Source: Utricularia gibba (taxonomy: Eukaryota > Plantae > Magnoliophyta). Taken from it: DNA of 64,000 nucleotides. Below the pieces are notes generated by a model that searched no databases, was not told the DNA's origin, and saw only the letters and a list, made by a program, of their open reading frames with translations. The DNA lies in contig CM007992.1 in NCBI GenBank assembly GCA_002189035.1, positions 682,001-746,000 on the forward strand, given 5' to 3'. The translations under genes and the position numbers were made by a program. Shown in pieces: positions 34,868 to 47,529 of the stretch (the first letter of the stretch is position 1; the number at the start of each line of letters is the position of its first letter).

Positions 34868-36106
34868 ATGGCGACCAGAGCCAGAGACAGGAATGAGAAG
34901 CGGGGAGCGTCTCCCTCCAGCGCGCCGCCGCATACGCAGCGCCGCCCCAGCCCCAATCCTCCTAAGGTTGACAAGAGTCTACCTTCTGCTACTACGTCGC
35001 GCAGACCCACGGCGAGCACCCCCCTTGATGCTTCCAAGCAGCAAGGGAAGAAGCCGGGTTCCGTTTCCGAGAAGCCGGTTATCGATCGGAGAAGATCCTT
35101 CGACAGGCCACCATCTGCGTTACCCACATCCTCTTCTGTAATGAGAACAAATTCGGGGAATCCCCTGCGCTCTTCCTCCTTTTCTGGGAAGAGTTCAACT
35201 ACCCAGAAAATGGTTTCTCAGAAGAACTTGAGGGGAGCAACGAAGGATGTCGAGAAACAGCAAGGAATTTACACCAGGCCGGTGGGAGTGGCGAAAAAGA
35301 GCGGCGCCGCAGTGAAGAAGCGTGAACTCGGGGGTGGATCGGATTCGGAGACGGAGCGAAACGGTAACCAAATTGAGAAATTGGAGGTTTCGAGTGTTAC
35401 TGACGCGTCGGAGCCCGAGAACCTATCGGATAATCAGGAATCTCCCGTAAAAGCAGTAGAAATCGATGGCGAAGACACCGGGATTAGGGATTTACCACCA
35501 GAGAATGACGAAAATGTTGCTGCGGTTGATCCTGCGGAGGCAGCGGACCAAATCCATACGAACCTGGATGACAACACCGCCATCGGTGCTCCGATAGAGA
35601 ATGAGGAATCCTCTACTCTTCCAATCGAACACAGAGAAGACGAAGAACCAAAAGGCATGACGATTCATGAGAACCTAATTGAGGAAAATGATGAGAAGCC
35701 CGTCGAAGAAGAAGACACTGAAATAACAGCAAAACCAGAAACGGATGCGAACCAAGAGACCGAGCCCCAAGATGCGGAGGAGAAGGTAATAGAAAAAAAT
35801 GTGAATTCCAGCGACAGCGATGCCCCGTCTAAGGCAGCGGCGGAGGAGATTAGGAGTGCCGAGGCCCAAGATGCGGAGGAGAAGGCAATAGAAAAGAATG
35901 TGAAGCCCGGCGACGGCGATGTCCCGCCTAAGACAGCGGCGGAGGAGATTAGGAGAGGGAAGAGGGAAACCATGGCGCCGGAACCGGCAGTTTCGAATGA
36001 CGTGATCGAGGAGACGGCGAAGCAGCTCCGGGAACAGAGGAAGAACAGAGTGAGAGCCCTCGCCGGAGCCTTTGAAACGGTGATATCGATGCAAGACCCC
36101 AAGTGA
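34868..36106 (+). CDS. Plant calmodulin-binding domain protein, intronless, 412 aa
   Basis: Basic Ser/Pro-rich N-terminus, acidic linker, and C-terminal PAVSNDVIEETAKQLREQRKNRVRALAGAFETVISMQ, the plant CaM-binding domain signature. Confidence 0.88.
   Translation: MATRARDRNEKRGASPSSAPPHTQRRPSPNPPKVDKSLPSATTSRRPTASTPLDASKQQGKKPGSVSEKPVIDRRRSFDRPPSALPTSSSVMRTNSGNPLRSSSFSGKSSTTQKMVSQKNLRGATKDVEKQQGIYTRPVGVAKKSGAAVKKRELGGGSDSETERNGNQIEKLEVSSVTDASEPENLSDNQESPVKAVEIDGEDTGIRDLPPENDENVAAVDPAEAADQIHTNLDDNTAIGAPIENEESSTLPIEHREDEEPKGMTIHENLIEENDEKPVEEEDTEITAKPETDANQETEPQDAEEKVIEKNVNSSDSDAPSKAAAEEIRSAEAQDAEEKAIEKNVKPGDGDVPPKTAAEEIRRGKRETMAPEPAVSNDVIEETAKQLREQRKNRVRALAGAFETVISMQDPK
35762..35959 (+). repeat. 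99-bp (33-aa) in-frame tandem duplication in the CaM-binding gene
   Basis: EPQDAEEKVIEKNVNSSDSDAPSKAAAEEIRSA followed by EAQDAEEKAIEKNVKPGDGDVPPKTAAEEIRRG; copies start at 35762 and 35861. Confidence 0.92.
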
Positions 36107-36488
36107 AATACAAGTCACCTTTTAAGTCAAATTAACGGCTATATTTTCTCTGGTGTATTTAAAAATTCAAATTATATTATTATTATTATTAGAGAGCTAT
36201 AAATACCGAACTTCTCGTAATTATACGTCATTATTATAACAATTTTTATTTTAGATCGTAAATATCTTCCTTGAGGGAGTCTGGTATTTTCCGTCAAGTC
36301 GGAAACCCTCGCGGCTCAATCGAGTGGATGAACTCTCGCTTGTCTGCGCTATCGAGTTCCGTGGATTGCCTTCTACATTTTGCCTTCTGTGCCGTAAGTG
36401 TTTGATCCCGATATGCTGCTTGAACTTCGTTTAAGGGATCGGATTTTTTCGTGAACGATATCTTCAAAATGATTGTGTGTGGGAGAAA

Positions 36489-39400
36489 ATGAAGGTCGTC
36501 ACGTACAACGTGAATGGGCTGAGGCCTCGAGTTGCGCAGTTCGGGTCGCTTCGGAGATTACTTGATGCTTTCGATGCCGATGTGATATGCTTTCAGGTGT
36601 TTCTTCTGCTTCATCACTTTCTGCTGCTATTTACCTAATTTTGCAATTCGCGTTGTAGGAGACGAAGCTGTCGAGGCATGAAATGAGGGCGCATTTGGTT
36701 CAAGCGGAGGGTTACGAATCGTTTTTTTCTTGCTCGCGCTCTTCTGAGAAGGGCCGAACTGGATATTCTGGTGAAAATTCATCCTCTCGAATAACTATTC
36801 CATTCTGCATCACCCACTACTTTAAGTTATCACGTTTCTGGGAGGCCATTGAGGCAAAAGGATTTGTGTTAACGGTTGATTGTTGAACTTCTTTGACCGT
36901 ACCTGGAATTTACGTCGACCGTGTTATTTAATTTGATTCATACCTGGTAATTCCGAGCACCAAAAAAATCTTTTATTTTTTCGTCTAATTAGGTGTCGCA
37001 ACGTTCTGCCGAGTGAAGTCTCCATTTGCAAGTGATGAAGTACAATTACCCATTGCTGCAGAGGAGGGATTTTCTGGAACCCTCAAGATGTCCAAGGGTG
37101 CTGGGCTTCAGAAAAGTGACTGTACAATGGTGTTGGAAGGATTAGAAGGTTATTCCATGGAGGACATTGTGAAAGTTGATAGCGAGGGGCGTTGTATTAT
37201 AACCGATCATGAACACTTCGGTCAGCTTCTTAAGCTTTTTTTTTAAAGAACTGCCTTGTGGAATTGTCACAAAGCTACTTTTTGCCACTTTGTTTTTATC
37301 TACTACACGTTTTCATCAGCAGAGTTCTTTTCGATTAATAGAGGATTTTTTCACAGTTCTTTTCAATGTGTACGGACCAAGAGCGGAACATGATGACCTT
37401 GACAGAATCCAGTTTAAGCGCATGTTTTATACTATATTGCAGGTAACCTATATTTCCCGTAATCGTGATGATTTACAAATGTATCTTCTATTTAGGTAAC
37501 ATAGTCTTTTCCTAATGAAAACACACCGAACATGAAAATGCATTTTGCTTAGTGGCTTTTTGTGGGCGTTCTTGGGAATGAGTTCAATAAAGTACATTAT
37601 CTTTCGCTGTCACTACCTCTTATCATTTAATTGGTGTTGATATATTTTCATCAGTAGTAACTGCCCGTTCTTATCTTTTATTTTATTTTGCATTGGCATG
37701 AGTTTGTTGATTTAGCATAATGGTCGTGTTTTGTTTTAGAAAAGGTGCAAACTCTTTCTAGATCAAACAAGACGGTTAATTATTGTTGGGATCTTAACAT
37801 TGCCCCTTATTCTATCGATCGCTGTGATGCTGGACCAGGTTTTGAGGATAATGAGTGAGTTCTTTATTCTTTATGATGCTTCTTTACCCGGGGCTCTTGC
37901 TACATCACTGTTTTCGAAATTACAGGTTCAGGGCCTGGTTTCGATCCTTGCTGATAGAAAATGGAGGTCCGTATGTTGATGTTTTCCGAGAAAGACATCC
38001 AGATAGGTTCTAGTGCTCATCCTTAACCATTTTTTTTAAATGATATTTGTAGATCTCGTATTACCTTTACTGCACGGTCGGGTTCTGCTGTTTCATTTTT
38101 TTAATCACTTACAGCTTAGTGCATCATGTTGAACTTCTTGTCTGATAATACTATGATAGGAGAGATGCTTACACATGTTGGTCGATAAACTCTGGTGCTG
38201 AAGAGTTCAACTTTGGATCACGTATTGACCATGTCCTTTGTGCCGGTCCATGCTTACATGAGGAAAAAAATGAAGCACACAGCTTTATGGCTTGCCATGT
38301 TAGTGACTGTGATATTTTGGACCAATTCAAACGTAGGAAGCCTGGTGACGTACCCAGGTATGGGAGCATGCACTGGCCATGCGAATTGGTTAAAATATGA
38401 TGCCTCCAAGTTTTCCATCAATACACCAGTCGATAAACCAATAGCTCTATTTCAGCCACCATTTACCTTTAAGCTGACATTTCAGAGTAAATGCATCTTG
38501 CATCCAACGTCTCTTTGGACCTTTTTTTCACTAAACCGCAATAATTCCAGGCATATTATGAAGGCAAGAAATGTGAAATTGGAAGGCTCTGATCATGCCC
38601 CTGTTTACATGGTTTTATCGGGGATTCCAGACGTGCAACAGCATAATACTCCTCCACTTTCTACGAGATATTGTCCTCAAGTCTATGGTTGTCAGCAGAC
38701 ACTAGGTAACATTCTCATCTTTTTTTTATCCATGGTGTGAAGCTATGATTTTCTAGATGCATCCATGGGATTGTTTTAGTATCACAATGTGTAACTACAC
38801 TCCACAATCATTAGTCTGCTTTCTACATTCCATGATTTCAGTGTCAATGTTCTCCAGAAGGCAAGCAACCGAGGAAATTGCTACATTCGGAGCACCATCC
38901 CTTTCAGAAGATTCTATCGATATGGACAAGTGCAGTGAAGATTATTCCACAAGGCTTTCCTGTAGCCAGTTTTCTGACATGTCAACCATGGGAATGTTCC
39001 ACTCACTATGCTCTTCGGAAGAATCTCAGTTACGTCTATGTTCCAACCCACCTTGCCCTGAGATTGGCCAGGTTGATCTATTTTCTAGCAAGAAAAAGGC
39101 TAGAAAAACCACGCTGTCTCAACTTTCGCTGAAGGCTTTCTTTCAGAAAACTTGTGTCCCAGACGGGGATGCCAGCACCCGTTGCTCAGGCAGTGAGAGT
39201 GCACCGGCAGACGTTGCAGCTCCTGCATCAGATGAATCTCCTAGTGGTGGCAGTCAAGATGATGATAGGAAGGAGTGTCTGTCGGTTAAAAACGTACCTA
39301 CTTCAGAAGACGGTGTTAATCCTCAGCCATCAGGAACCGAAAAACATAATATGGCCTTAGTTGAATGGCAAAGGATTCAGCAGCTCATGCAAAATAGTCT

Positions 39401-39779
39401 GCCTCTTTGCAAGGGACACCAAGAACCATGTGTTTCTCGGATTGTTAAAAAATCCGGTCCAAATTTTGGTCGCCAGTTTTACACCTGTGCTCGTGCCGAG
39501 GTAACTCGTGTTTATTTTCTAGCGTTGTGTTTCATTTTTACTGACTTTATGTCATGACTCATCAACCAAGTGGTTGGCAGTTGGAACCCCACGTCCTTCC
39601 TGATGTACTGTTTAGATTTCTGCAATCCCTCTGTAATAGCATGCATTCGGGCTTCATGGAGATGATTTTGTCTAGAGAAGTGTAATCTGATGCTTTGCAT
39701 TTTCACTTGCAAGGGGCCTGCCTCCAATCCTGAAGCCAACTGCGGGTATTTCAAATGGGCTGCCAAGAAGAAGCGATGA
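36489..39779 (+). CDS. APE2: DNA-(apurinic/apyrimidinic site) endonuclease 2 with C-terminal GRF zinc finger; one-base frameshift at 37788-37790
   Basis: [12 protein letters not shown]...DVICFQ|ETKLSR...GRTGYSG|VATFCR; [15 protein letters not shown]; FNVYGP; G(D)LNIAP; FGSRIDHVL; EGSDHAPV; [34 protein letters not shown]|[15 protein letters not shown]. Confidence 0.95.
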
Positions 39780-40127
39780 CGCAATCCCTCAAGACCCCGG
39801 CACAGGTTCCAGGTTAGCACGCCTCATCCCTCATTGCTTACTTTCATTGTGGATTGCTGGGAAGATGCCGACCGTCGCTGCAATTTCTTGTATAATAAAA
39901 GTAAATTTCTTGTGGCTTAAGAAAAAGCTCTAGAAGAAAAGTTGGAAAACGACAAGGTGTGGAGAAACGTGGAAGCATCTAGAAGTGAATTGTTTAGTCA
40001 ACGGCACACGGTATTCGTCTCCTTTTTCATCTTTGGAATCCAATCGCTTGACATGTTGTAGCAGCCGCATATAACAACAATATTCCTGTTTCTGTAGGGG
40101 CAAAAATCAGTCATCCGATTCATTAGA

Positions 40128-40331
40128 ATGTGTCTGGTTTTCGTTTGCGACGAAGACGAGCAGGTGATCGGAAGGCAGCCGGCTCCGGGCGCCTGCCCGT
40201 ACTGCGGCGGCCGTGTCGAGGCCTGGGACGTGCAGAGTCGCTGGAATTTCTGCTTCATCCCGGCGTACCACAGCAACCCCAAGCGCCGCTACTTCTGCAC
40301 GATGTGCACCCGCCGCCTGCAAATCCAGTGA
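40128..40331 (+). CDS. Small plant zinc-ribbon protein, 67 aa, uncharacterised family
   Basis: MCLVFVCDEDEQVIGRQPAPGACPYCGGRVEAWDVQSRWNFCFIPAYHSNPKRRYFCTMCTRRLQIQ*: two CxxC pairs, and the conserved MCLVFVCDE...PGACPYCGG start recalled from many angiosperms. Confidence 0.85.
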   Translation: MCLVFVCDEDEQVIGRQPAPGACPYCGGRVEAWDVQSRWNFCFIPAYHSNPKRRYFCTMCTRRLQIQ

Positions 40332-40628
40332 AACCACCTTCCCCTCAGGTGAAGCGTTGAGAGGGGGCATCTTGCTTATATTATATAGTTATACTATTTT
40401 CTTACATGCATTAGACGTTGCTGTTTCTGCGATGCAATAGGCAACATGATCCACATCATTTACAAATTTGATCCAAATTAACATTGAAGATGGTCAAATT
40501 TCTAAATCATCTAATTAAAATAACATGTAACCTTTCGAGAGACATGATACATGCCCGACGGATTTGGTTCGGGATGTCGCCCGAGCTTTTCCAGGTTCTA
40601 TACGAGTCACGTTGAACTCACTGAAAGC

Positions 40629-43262
40629 TCAGTTCTCAACTTCCGCCTTGTCGTCTGAGGATTCAGCACCTTGAGCAGCAGAAGCAGTTTGGACATGCGC
40701 TTCTGCGTTGGAAACTGGGGGAGAAGCCTCGGTGGATGGAACCGAAGTCGATCCAGACTCGGAGTTGGGTAACGGGGCATCGTCTACCTGATCGGAAGAT
40801 TTACTGGTTGTCGGGGCTGCCGCCTGGGGAGCTTCGCCGGGGGTTGAGGTGCTGGGCTTGGCAGCCGAGTAAGAGGAGATCGGCGCTTTCGCCAGGCCGT
40901 TGCTGATGAAATGCACATTTTTCGGCAGTTGGCTGCTGATGCTCGCACCCGAGGAGGGCTTCTTCGATGAGGAGGCCCCAATGGGGATGCGGACGACGTT
41001 TTGAGGGCGTGCGGCGTCGCCGGGAGTAGCAACACGAGCACCCGCAGCAACTGCAGCAGCTTTGACCATTGAATCAGACGCAGCACCGGGGTCAGCAGTT
41101 GATCTCATGTTCGGCGTCTGAGGTTTGGCAGGCGCTGCTGCTCTTGCGAGCTGTTGATGTCCTTGGGATCCAGGGATCTCTAGAGGTTGAAAGTTGGGCT
41201 TCAGGCCTGCTGATGCTGCTTCGGTGAAGTGGACAACAGAAAATAAGAAACAATGAATAGCCAGCAAACTATACATGTAGAGAAATCCTAGCAAATACGG
41301 AATAGGAGAGCAATCAAGTGTACAGGAAGAGAGATCCTAGCTCTATCTAGCTAAAGGAAAACCAAAAAGCATATACTGGTATACCCCGAAAAAGTATACT
41401 CCGGCAAGATACACAAGAAGTCATCTTAACGGAACCCCAGTCTGGTTACTATATCAAGAATAAAAGCAGACAACGGTATAGAACAACCCCGACATAAGGA
41501 AAGGCAAACCACAAACTCCAGGTAAACAACAGCCAGTAAAGAAATATTTCCTCATACAACCAAATTCAAGGAGCACAGCATACTCAAACTTTTTGAAAAC
41601 CCGAACTAAAACCAAAGGGTAATATTAAAAGTAAAGCAGGTCAACAATCGTGCATTCACGAAGAGAAGAATTACACAAATCCATCTGATGGCAAGGAACG
41701 CGGGAAACACAAGTAGAAACAGAAAGAGAGATCCATACCAGAGCTCATTGGCACCGGAAGCTTCAAATTATCACCCATTGGACTATCAAGGGCCATGGCG
41801 AATGCCCTACGAGCGGCAGCTAGATCAGGAGTCTGTGAACTGGTTCCCACTTTTGGGTCTGCCTGCTTTTTTTTCAAATTGGCCCATCTCTTTACATGCA
41901 TTCAAAACATGAAGCTAGTGATTACCTTTGTAAGAAGTACAACCAAAACCAAGAAAAAGTGCAATTAACATATAACTATAAAACAGACCAGCAGTGATAG
42001 TTTTGGAAGACGGATTATCACATATATTTCCATTGGCTAAGTAATGCATTACATTGCTGAAATTTCTTCCACTACTAATGGCTATATTCAGCAGTTATTC
42101 CACACCTAAAACTAATCAGCCACAATTTGAGAACTTGGAAAACCTCTAGGAGATAATGGAAAGCCTTGTTATAAAAGTAATCACACCTGAGACAGCTCTG
42201 ATGCCTTTCTATCATTAAAGAACTCTCCACTTGCAATATGAGCCCAATTGCGTTCTCCATGCCTTTGCACTGCAGCTTCCAATTTTCTGTCATCATCTGT
42301 AGTCCAGGGCCTCCTTTTCCTACGAGCAGGTTCAAACGGTGATACTCCACTAATAGGTCTTTTTTCCCCCAATGGTTGTTTCTGCAAAGTAACAGGTATG
42401 CTAATATTTGTACAAGGAACAGAGTTGGGTTGCAATGGTTCAGCTTCGAACGCCTTGCAGTTGGGAATATTAATAGTCAGCGGTGCCTCAATGGTTGCAT
42501 TGCTAGGGTGATCAGTATCCTTCGAGGGGCAAGAAGCCATTAAAACCTGCAAGATCGAAAAAACAAACAACACAGCATCTTCAGACCAGCATTTACATGA
42601 CATAGAAAGACCCTAAAAGACCTATGACCGTAATGAATTCAATGTGCCTACACACCTTGACACATGCCGCAGCCTCCAATGCCGCTTCACGGCCAACAGC
42701 AGGAGAAGGCTCCATCTCAAACTCCAGGTCACTATCATCATCCTACATTACCAGAAGTTACAATATGCTCAAAAAGGTTAACTGAGAAACAGCACCATGC
42801 AGAAATTACAATTGGAAACGCATCCATTTAAGACGCACAGTAGTAACGTTCAGATGCACAATGATCCCAGCATTAGATGCATCACAAGTTGAACAAAATA
42901 AAGAGCAAGTAAACAATCCAACCTCAACTTCCGCATCGGATCCAGGCGGTTTGACGAGACTTTCCCCATACGCAAGATGCCGCCAGAGAATTTGGCATTC
43001 CCTAGCACTTGTTATTCCAGTAGCCGTATTCCTCACCAATTCATCCCAATCAATTCTTCTTCCCGCCAACTGCGACACTTCTCGCAGAAACGCGAGCACG
43101 GTGCTCACGGAATACCTTCCAGATAAGCAAAAAAAAATGTCAACCAACTATCTAAACCGAATCATCCAATAGAAAGCGTATCACGAAATGAAAACAACAG
43201 CAAAACCTTCGCAAGAGAGCACAAACTTGTGCTTCGCCAATGCGTCCTTTCCTTCGTTCCAT
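40629..43262 (-). CDS. DRMY1: Single-repeat Myb/TRF-like protein, DRMY1/DP1-like, 6 exons
   Basis: MERRKGRIGEAQVCALLRR|YSVSTVLAFLREV...DWDELVRNTATGITSARECQILWRHLAY|DDDSDLEFEMEPSP...ACVK|VLMAS...EAPLTINIP...KRRPWTTDDDRKLEAAVQRHGERNWAHI|RWANLKKK...LAAARRAFAMALD. Confidence 0.85.
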
Positions 43263-43719
43263 ACCCCGATTAGGGCACCCGGCGGCGAAGCGGTTTACAA
43301 TCAGCCCATGTGTCCCCGCCCAATCCAGAGGGCAAAACAGGAAATGGATAGAAAGTACAATCTTATATTTCGACAGAACAGGCCCATGATCCATCTCCAA
43401 GCCCAAAAACGGCCCAAGTATCATTAATAGGTGGGGCCCATAGTGTAAAAGAGACCAGTTTTAGTCAAAGGCAGCCTGCACGCTGATAGCGATATGTGAA
43501 ACGTCTTCCAGTTGTCAATCTTTTTGACTTTTGGTTTCCGAGTTTTTAATTCCACATAAAAAAAAGGATTCCATGAACTGATGAACAACAAATTGGGGGT
43601 ACCAAAACGCAAATCAGGATTCTCTAAGGAGTTAATTATAAAATAAACAAAACTTCACCCCACCCCTCTAACTATTGAGAAATTACACAACAAGCCCCAC
43701 AATCTCAGGAATCCACGAT

Positions 43720-44831
43720 TCACACCGCCAGCTGGGCCGGAGCTCCTCCTCCGTCTGAAACAATGTCTTGTGAGTGCAGATGGTCACCTTCGTAAGTGAC
43801 TATCAGCATATTGGGATCATCTGACGCTCTCTCTACGTGCTTCCTCGCGGGGCATCCTCTCACGGTACTGCACTTGTAGTACCCTCTGAAGAACAGAAGT
43901 CGAGATTCAGAACAACGAACAGCGAGTGGAAGACAAACAGAAGTCGAGGATTCAGAAGAAGAAGCTGGATCTGAGGGAAAATTTACCTTGGGTATGGTGA
44001 GCCCTTGATGGGCTTTTGTCCGTACTTTCTCCAGGAGTGTTCATCTTGAGGAATATCGGCGATTTTTGGGCTAATTGCAGGAACTCTTATCGTTTTTCTC
44101 GATTTTGATTTCCTGGAAAAAGAGAGTCAAATCAGAGTGGAATTGGCAGATGAAACTCTTGGATTCTTGATGCGTTTTTGGATTTATTCCTTGAAGCCAA
44201 ACAAGAAGACAAACCTCTTTTTGCAGTGGCAGCTGTTTCCGCCGGGAGTTTTGCTATCAGATGCGTCATGTTCGCGGCACCTTTTGACGGAGAGCGGCGG
44301 CTTTCCGGCAGAAATAGCAGGAGCCGCCGTGGTTAAGAATATACCCTTTCCATTAGAAACACTCCCTTCGCCGGAAAACGTCGAAACGAACGCCGACGAC
44401 GAGTTCCCAGAACTCGACAAACTAAGCATCTCTTTCCCTTTCGCCTCAACACCCTCTTCTTTATTAAACCCCCCGCTAGGTTTCGTAAAATCGAAAGCCA
44501 GCCGCTGCGGGGTCGCCGCCTCCGGTAAAGGACACTGCCCAGAAAGGTTTGGACTCAACGACGGGGGCTCTTTCACCACAGGAACCGACGAAACCTGCGC
44601 CGACAGAACCGGCCCATGGCGAAACCGTGCGTGACCCTTCCGATCAAGAATCGAAATCACCTTCTTGAACTTGGAAACCGTGAAATCCGTCATCTCCCTG
44701 CAATCAACAGCCTGATTCTGACGAGAAAGCGTACGAATCAAATGCTCCATAGACTTCAATCCCGCCATCGCCGCTTCCTGAACCGCAACGTGATCACTGC
44801 GATTCGCGTAACTCAACAACTCCACCGCCAT
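43720..44831 (-). CDS. WRKY11: Group IId WRKY transcription factor (WRKY11/17-like), 3 exons
   Basis: [16 protein letters not shown]; [23 protein letters not shown]; [10 protein letters not shown]; CHCKKR|[42 protein letters not shown]|[39 protein letters not shown]11 versus WRKY17 is not resolved. Confidence 0.95.
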
Positions 44832-44975
44832 CTTCGATGAAAAACAGGAATCTCCTTCTGTCTTCTGCCTCTTCTCTGCAACTCGATGAACTCGAGACTT
44901 GAGATTAGGCAAGGGAGAATTGGGGGCACATATATTGGGGATGGAGACGACCGAGAGGACCGGTAACCGGTGCCA

Positions 44976-45628
44976 AGTCAATCTTTAGGTCTCCCAATCC
45001 AACGGATGAGATTCCGTGACCTCAGATTTCAACGTAATGCGCCGGGGAGAAAGGACAATTCACTTGACTTGCGTGGGCCCACGTTGCCTTGTTCAAAGTC
45101 AAGAAAATACTGAACCCAATCCACCTTTTCTCATTCCACACCCACGTACACAACACACTGCGCAGAGTACATACAATCCAAGCGTGACCCAAAGTGGCAT
45201 TAGCAATGTTCGCTTTATGGAATACATCATTCTCGAGGGGCAAAAGTATCATTTCAAGATAGCGTGCTGCAATGAGCGCGTTTGGACTTTTGAGTGTTGA
45301 ATTAATTGAAGATGTTCACATTTTTTTCTAATTAAAAAATCTTTTGAATTTAATTCTGGAATACAGAATTTCCCTGAAGCAAGATCATGACATGATATGA
45401 TCTTATCAATTAACTGCTCAGGAAAAATCTTCTCATTCACTGAAATTAAATTCCATGACTACTCCCGGATTTTGAGACCAATATATTTGAACCCAGAATA
45501 ATATTTAAATTATTCATATTTAAATAAATTTATAATAAAAATAAATGAAATAATAGTTTTGATAAACTTGATTTAATTATTTATGCCATTTTTTTTGAGG
45601 TGGGAAAAGAGGCAGGAAACGGTTGACC
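44976..45628. promoter_or_regulatory. W-box cluster in the proximal WRKY upstream region
   Basis: TTGACY on either strand at 44976, 45064, 45097 and 45623. Confidence 0.5.
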
Positions 45629-46297
45629 AACCTTTTCAACGCTCACACCATTTAAGTCACGATTAATGGAGGAGGGAGACACCCAGCCGCCACCAACTAT
45701 TTACGTATTTATATCTCGTATATTAAAATTGAAAATTAAATTAAAACATTATTATGTTCAAATTAGGAAATATTATGAGAATGAATAATCTGACTTTAAT
45801 TTAGTTAGCGGCATTAAGTGCGGATACGTACATCGTACCGGGTCAGTTGGACCGTTTGAGGATTGAGGGCCTACTGTCGAGTGTCAACTCTAGTCCCTTT
45901 ACAAACAATAGCATTCACTCCATCACAATTCTTGTAATAAACTTGTATTTCAATAAGTGTTCTGAAAAATTTTTAAATTTTATTTCTATTTTTTAGAACT
46001 AAAAATAGTTTTGATCTAAAACACTTTTAATTATAAAAGTAATTCTATTAAAAACACTTTGAAAATTATAATTACAAAAGTTATTTTTGAAAAAATAAGG
46101 AATTGATTACTTTTACTTTTTATTTTTATTTTTTAAAATTAATTTTAAAAAGTAAAAACATGTTCCAAAATTTTCCAGAACATTGCTTAAATCATCTAAC
46201 TTATAAAATATTTATTTAATTTCTTTAACTTATATTTTTATATAAGTATGAAGAATTAATTATACGTCATTATATAATTATAACTGTATAATATGTC

Positions 46298-46490
46298 GTT
46301 ATATAAGCTCCAAAGTCAAGTATAAGGTCACCAAGGGATTACCATGAAGGTTAATGTGGAAAAGTAGGGGTAGAGACCTTTCTTGCCAAATCCTAAGATG
46401 AAGTCAAACAAGAAAAAAGGCGTGTGGAAAAAATCCATGAGTTGAAATCATGTAAGTGCATTAAAGAGTCCAAATTCAACTCTTTTAAAT
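46298..46490. repeat. Copy 1 of a ~190-bp direct repeat carrying two W-boxes
   Basis: Aligns by eye to 47092-47292 (roughly 80% identity); AGTCAA at 46314 and 46402. Confidence 0.88.
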
Positions 46491-47091
46491 AATTAGATAA
46501 TATACGTATATTATTCTTTTTGAGCATTAAAGAGTCCAAATTCAAGGTAAATGAATTTTTTTAAAAAATTATAGATTTAAATATTTAAAAAAAATGAATG
46601 AACGTCTTATAAAAATATTTATATAATTTATTTTAATTAAAAAAATAAGACTAGAAACATAATAATGATATATCATATTAATTACCGATAAAAAACATGT
46701 TTAAATAGTAGTATCTTTTTAATCTTATATGAGATTTTTTTTTTTCGAAAACAATGAGAATATAAAACTGTAAAAGTTGTATACTTAGTATGGACAATAT
46801 TATCCAAGAGATCGCCTAGCTCATGACATTAAAACTTTTTATCTCATATGAATGTCTTAACAATTGAGTTTCAGTTTATTTCTGTTATTCATAAAATGCA
46901 TTTGATTAACATAATATAATTTCAAAGTTATATTTATAAAATTCTATAACACATCTAATTCATTTCACGTTTTTGCATACCATAAAATTGTATGTGTCAA
47001 ATACAATTTTAACCATACGAGATGTGTTTATGAAGATATGAATAATTTAAATATATTATTAATTAAATTACTCGATCAAATATGAGTAATA

Positions 47092-47292
47092 GTTATTAAG
47101 CTCTAAAGTCAAGTATAGGGGCAAAGGGGATTAGGATGAAGATTAATGTGGATGAGTAGGGGTGGAGAGCTTTCTTGCCTAATCCTAGGATGAAGTCAAA
47201 GAAGAAAAAAGGCATGTGAAAAAATCCATGAGTTGAAATTATGTAATAACACTAATTCCTCTTAGGAATAGTCTAAATTCAATTCTTTTAAA
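47092..47292. repeat. Copy 2 of a ~190-bp direct repeat carrying two W-boxes
   Basis: Aligns to 46298-46490; AGTCAA at 47107 and 47194. Confidence 0.88.
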
Positions 47293-47529
47293 AAAGTACA
47301 CTCCGTATTTAGTCGGTAATACGGTTTATATTGTTCATTTTAGATATTCAATTATTTTATAAATCTTTAAAAAATTATAATTATGATTAGTGTTGAATTA
47401 AATTTGAAATAGTAATACTAATATTTTTATAATGGATGATTTTCTTTTTATTTTCTTTTTATTTTTTGAATTTTTGGAAGGTTACTCATAAAAGGGCTAA
47501 TACTAACATTTACATAGAGAAGTAGCTCA

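Noticed and set aside
35434-36118. 145-147 aa antisense ORFs
   Set aside because: Shadows of the purine-rich CaM-binding coding strand.
38020-38031. TCCTTAAC U12-type branch motif in an APE2 intron
   Set aside because: It sits far from the used 3' splice site, and the donor is not RTATCCTT.
46380-47190. miR482-like TCTTGCC(A/T)A seed and GGATTAGG/CCTAATCC stem in the duplicated module
   Set aside because: The stem is only 8 bp in copy 2, is not preserved in copy 1, and forms no miRNA-length duplex.
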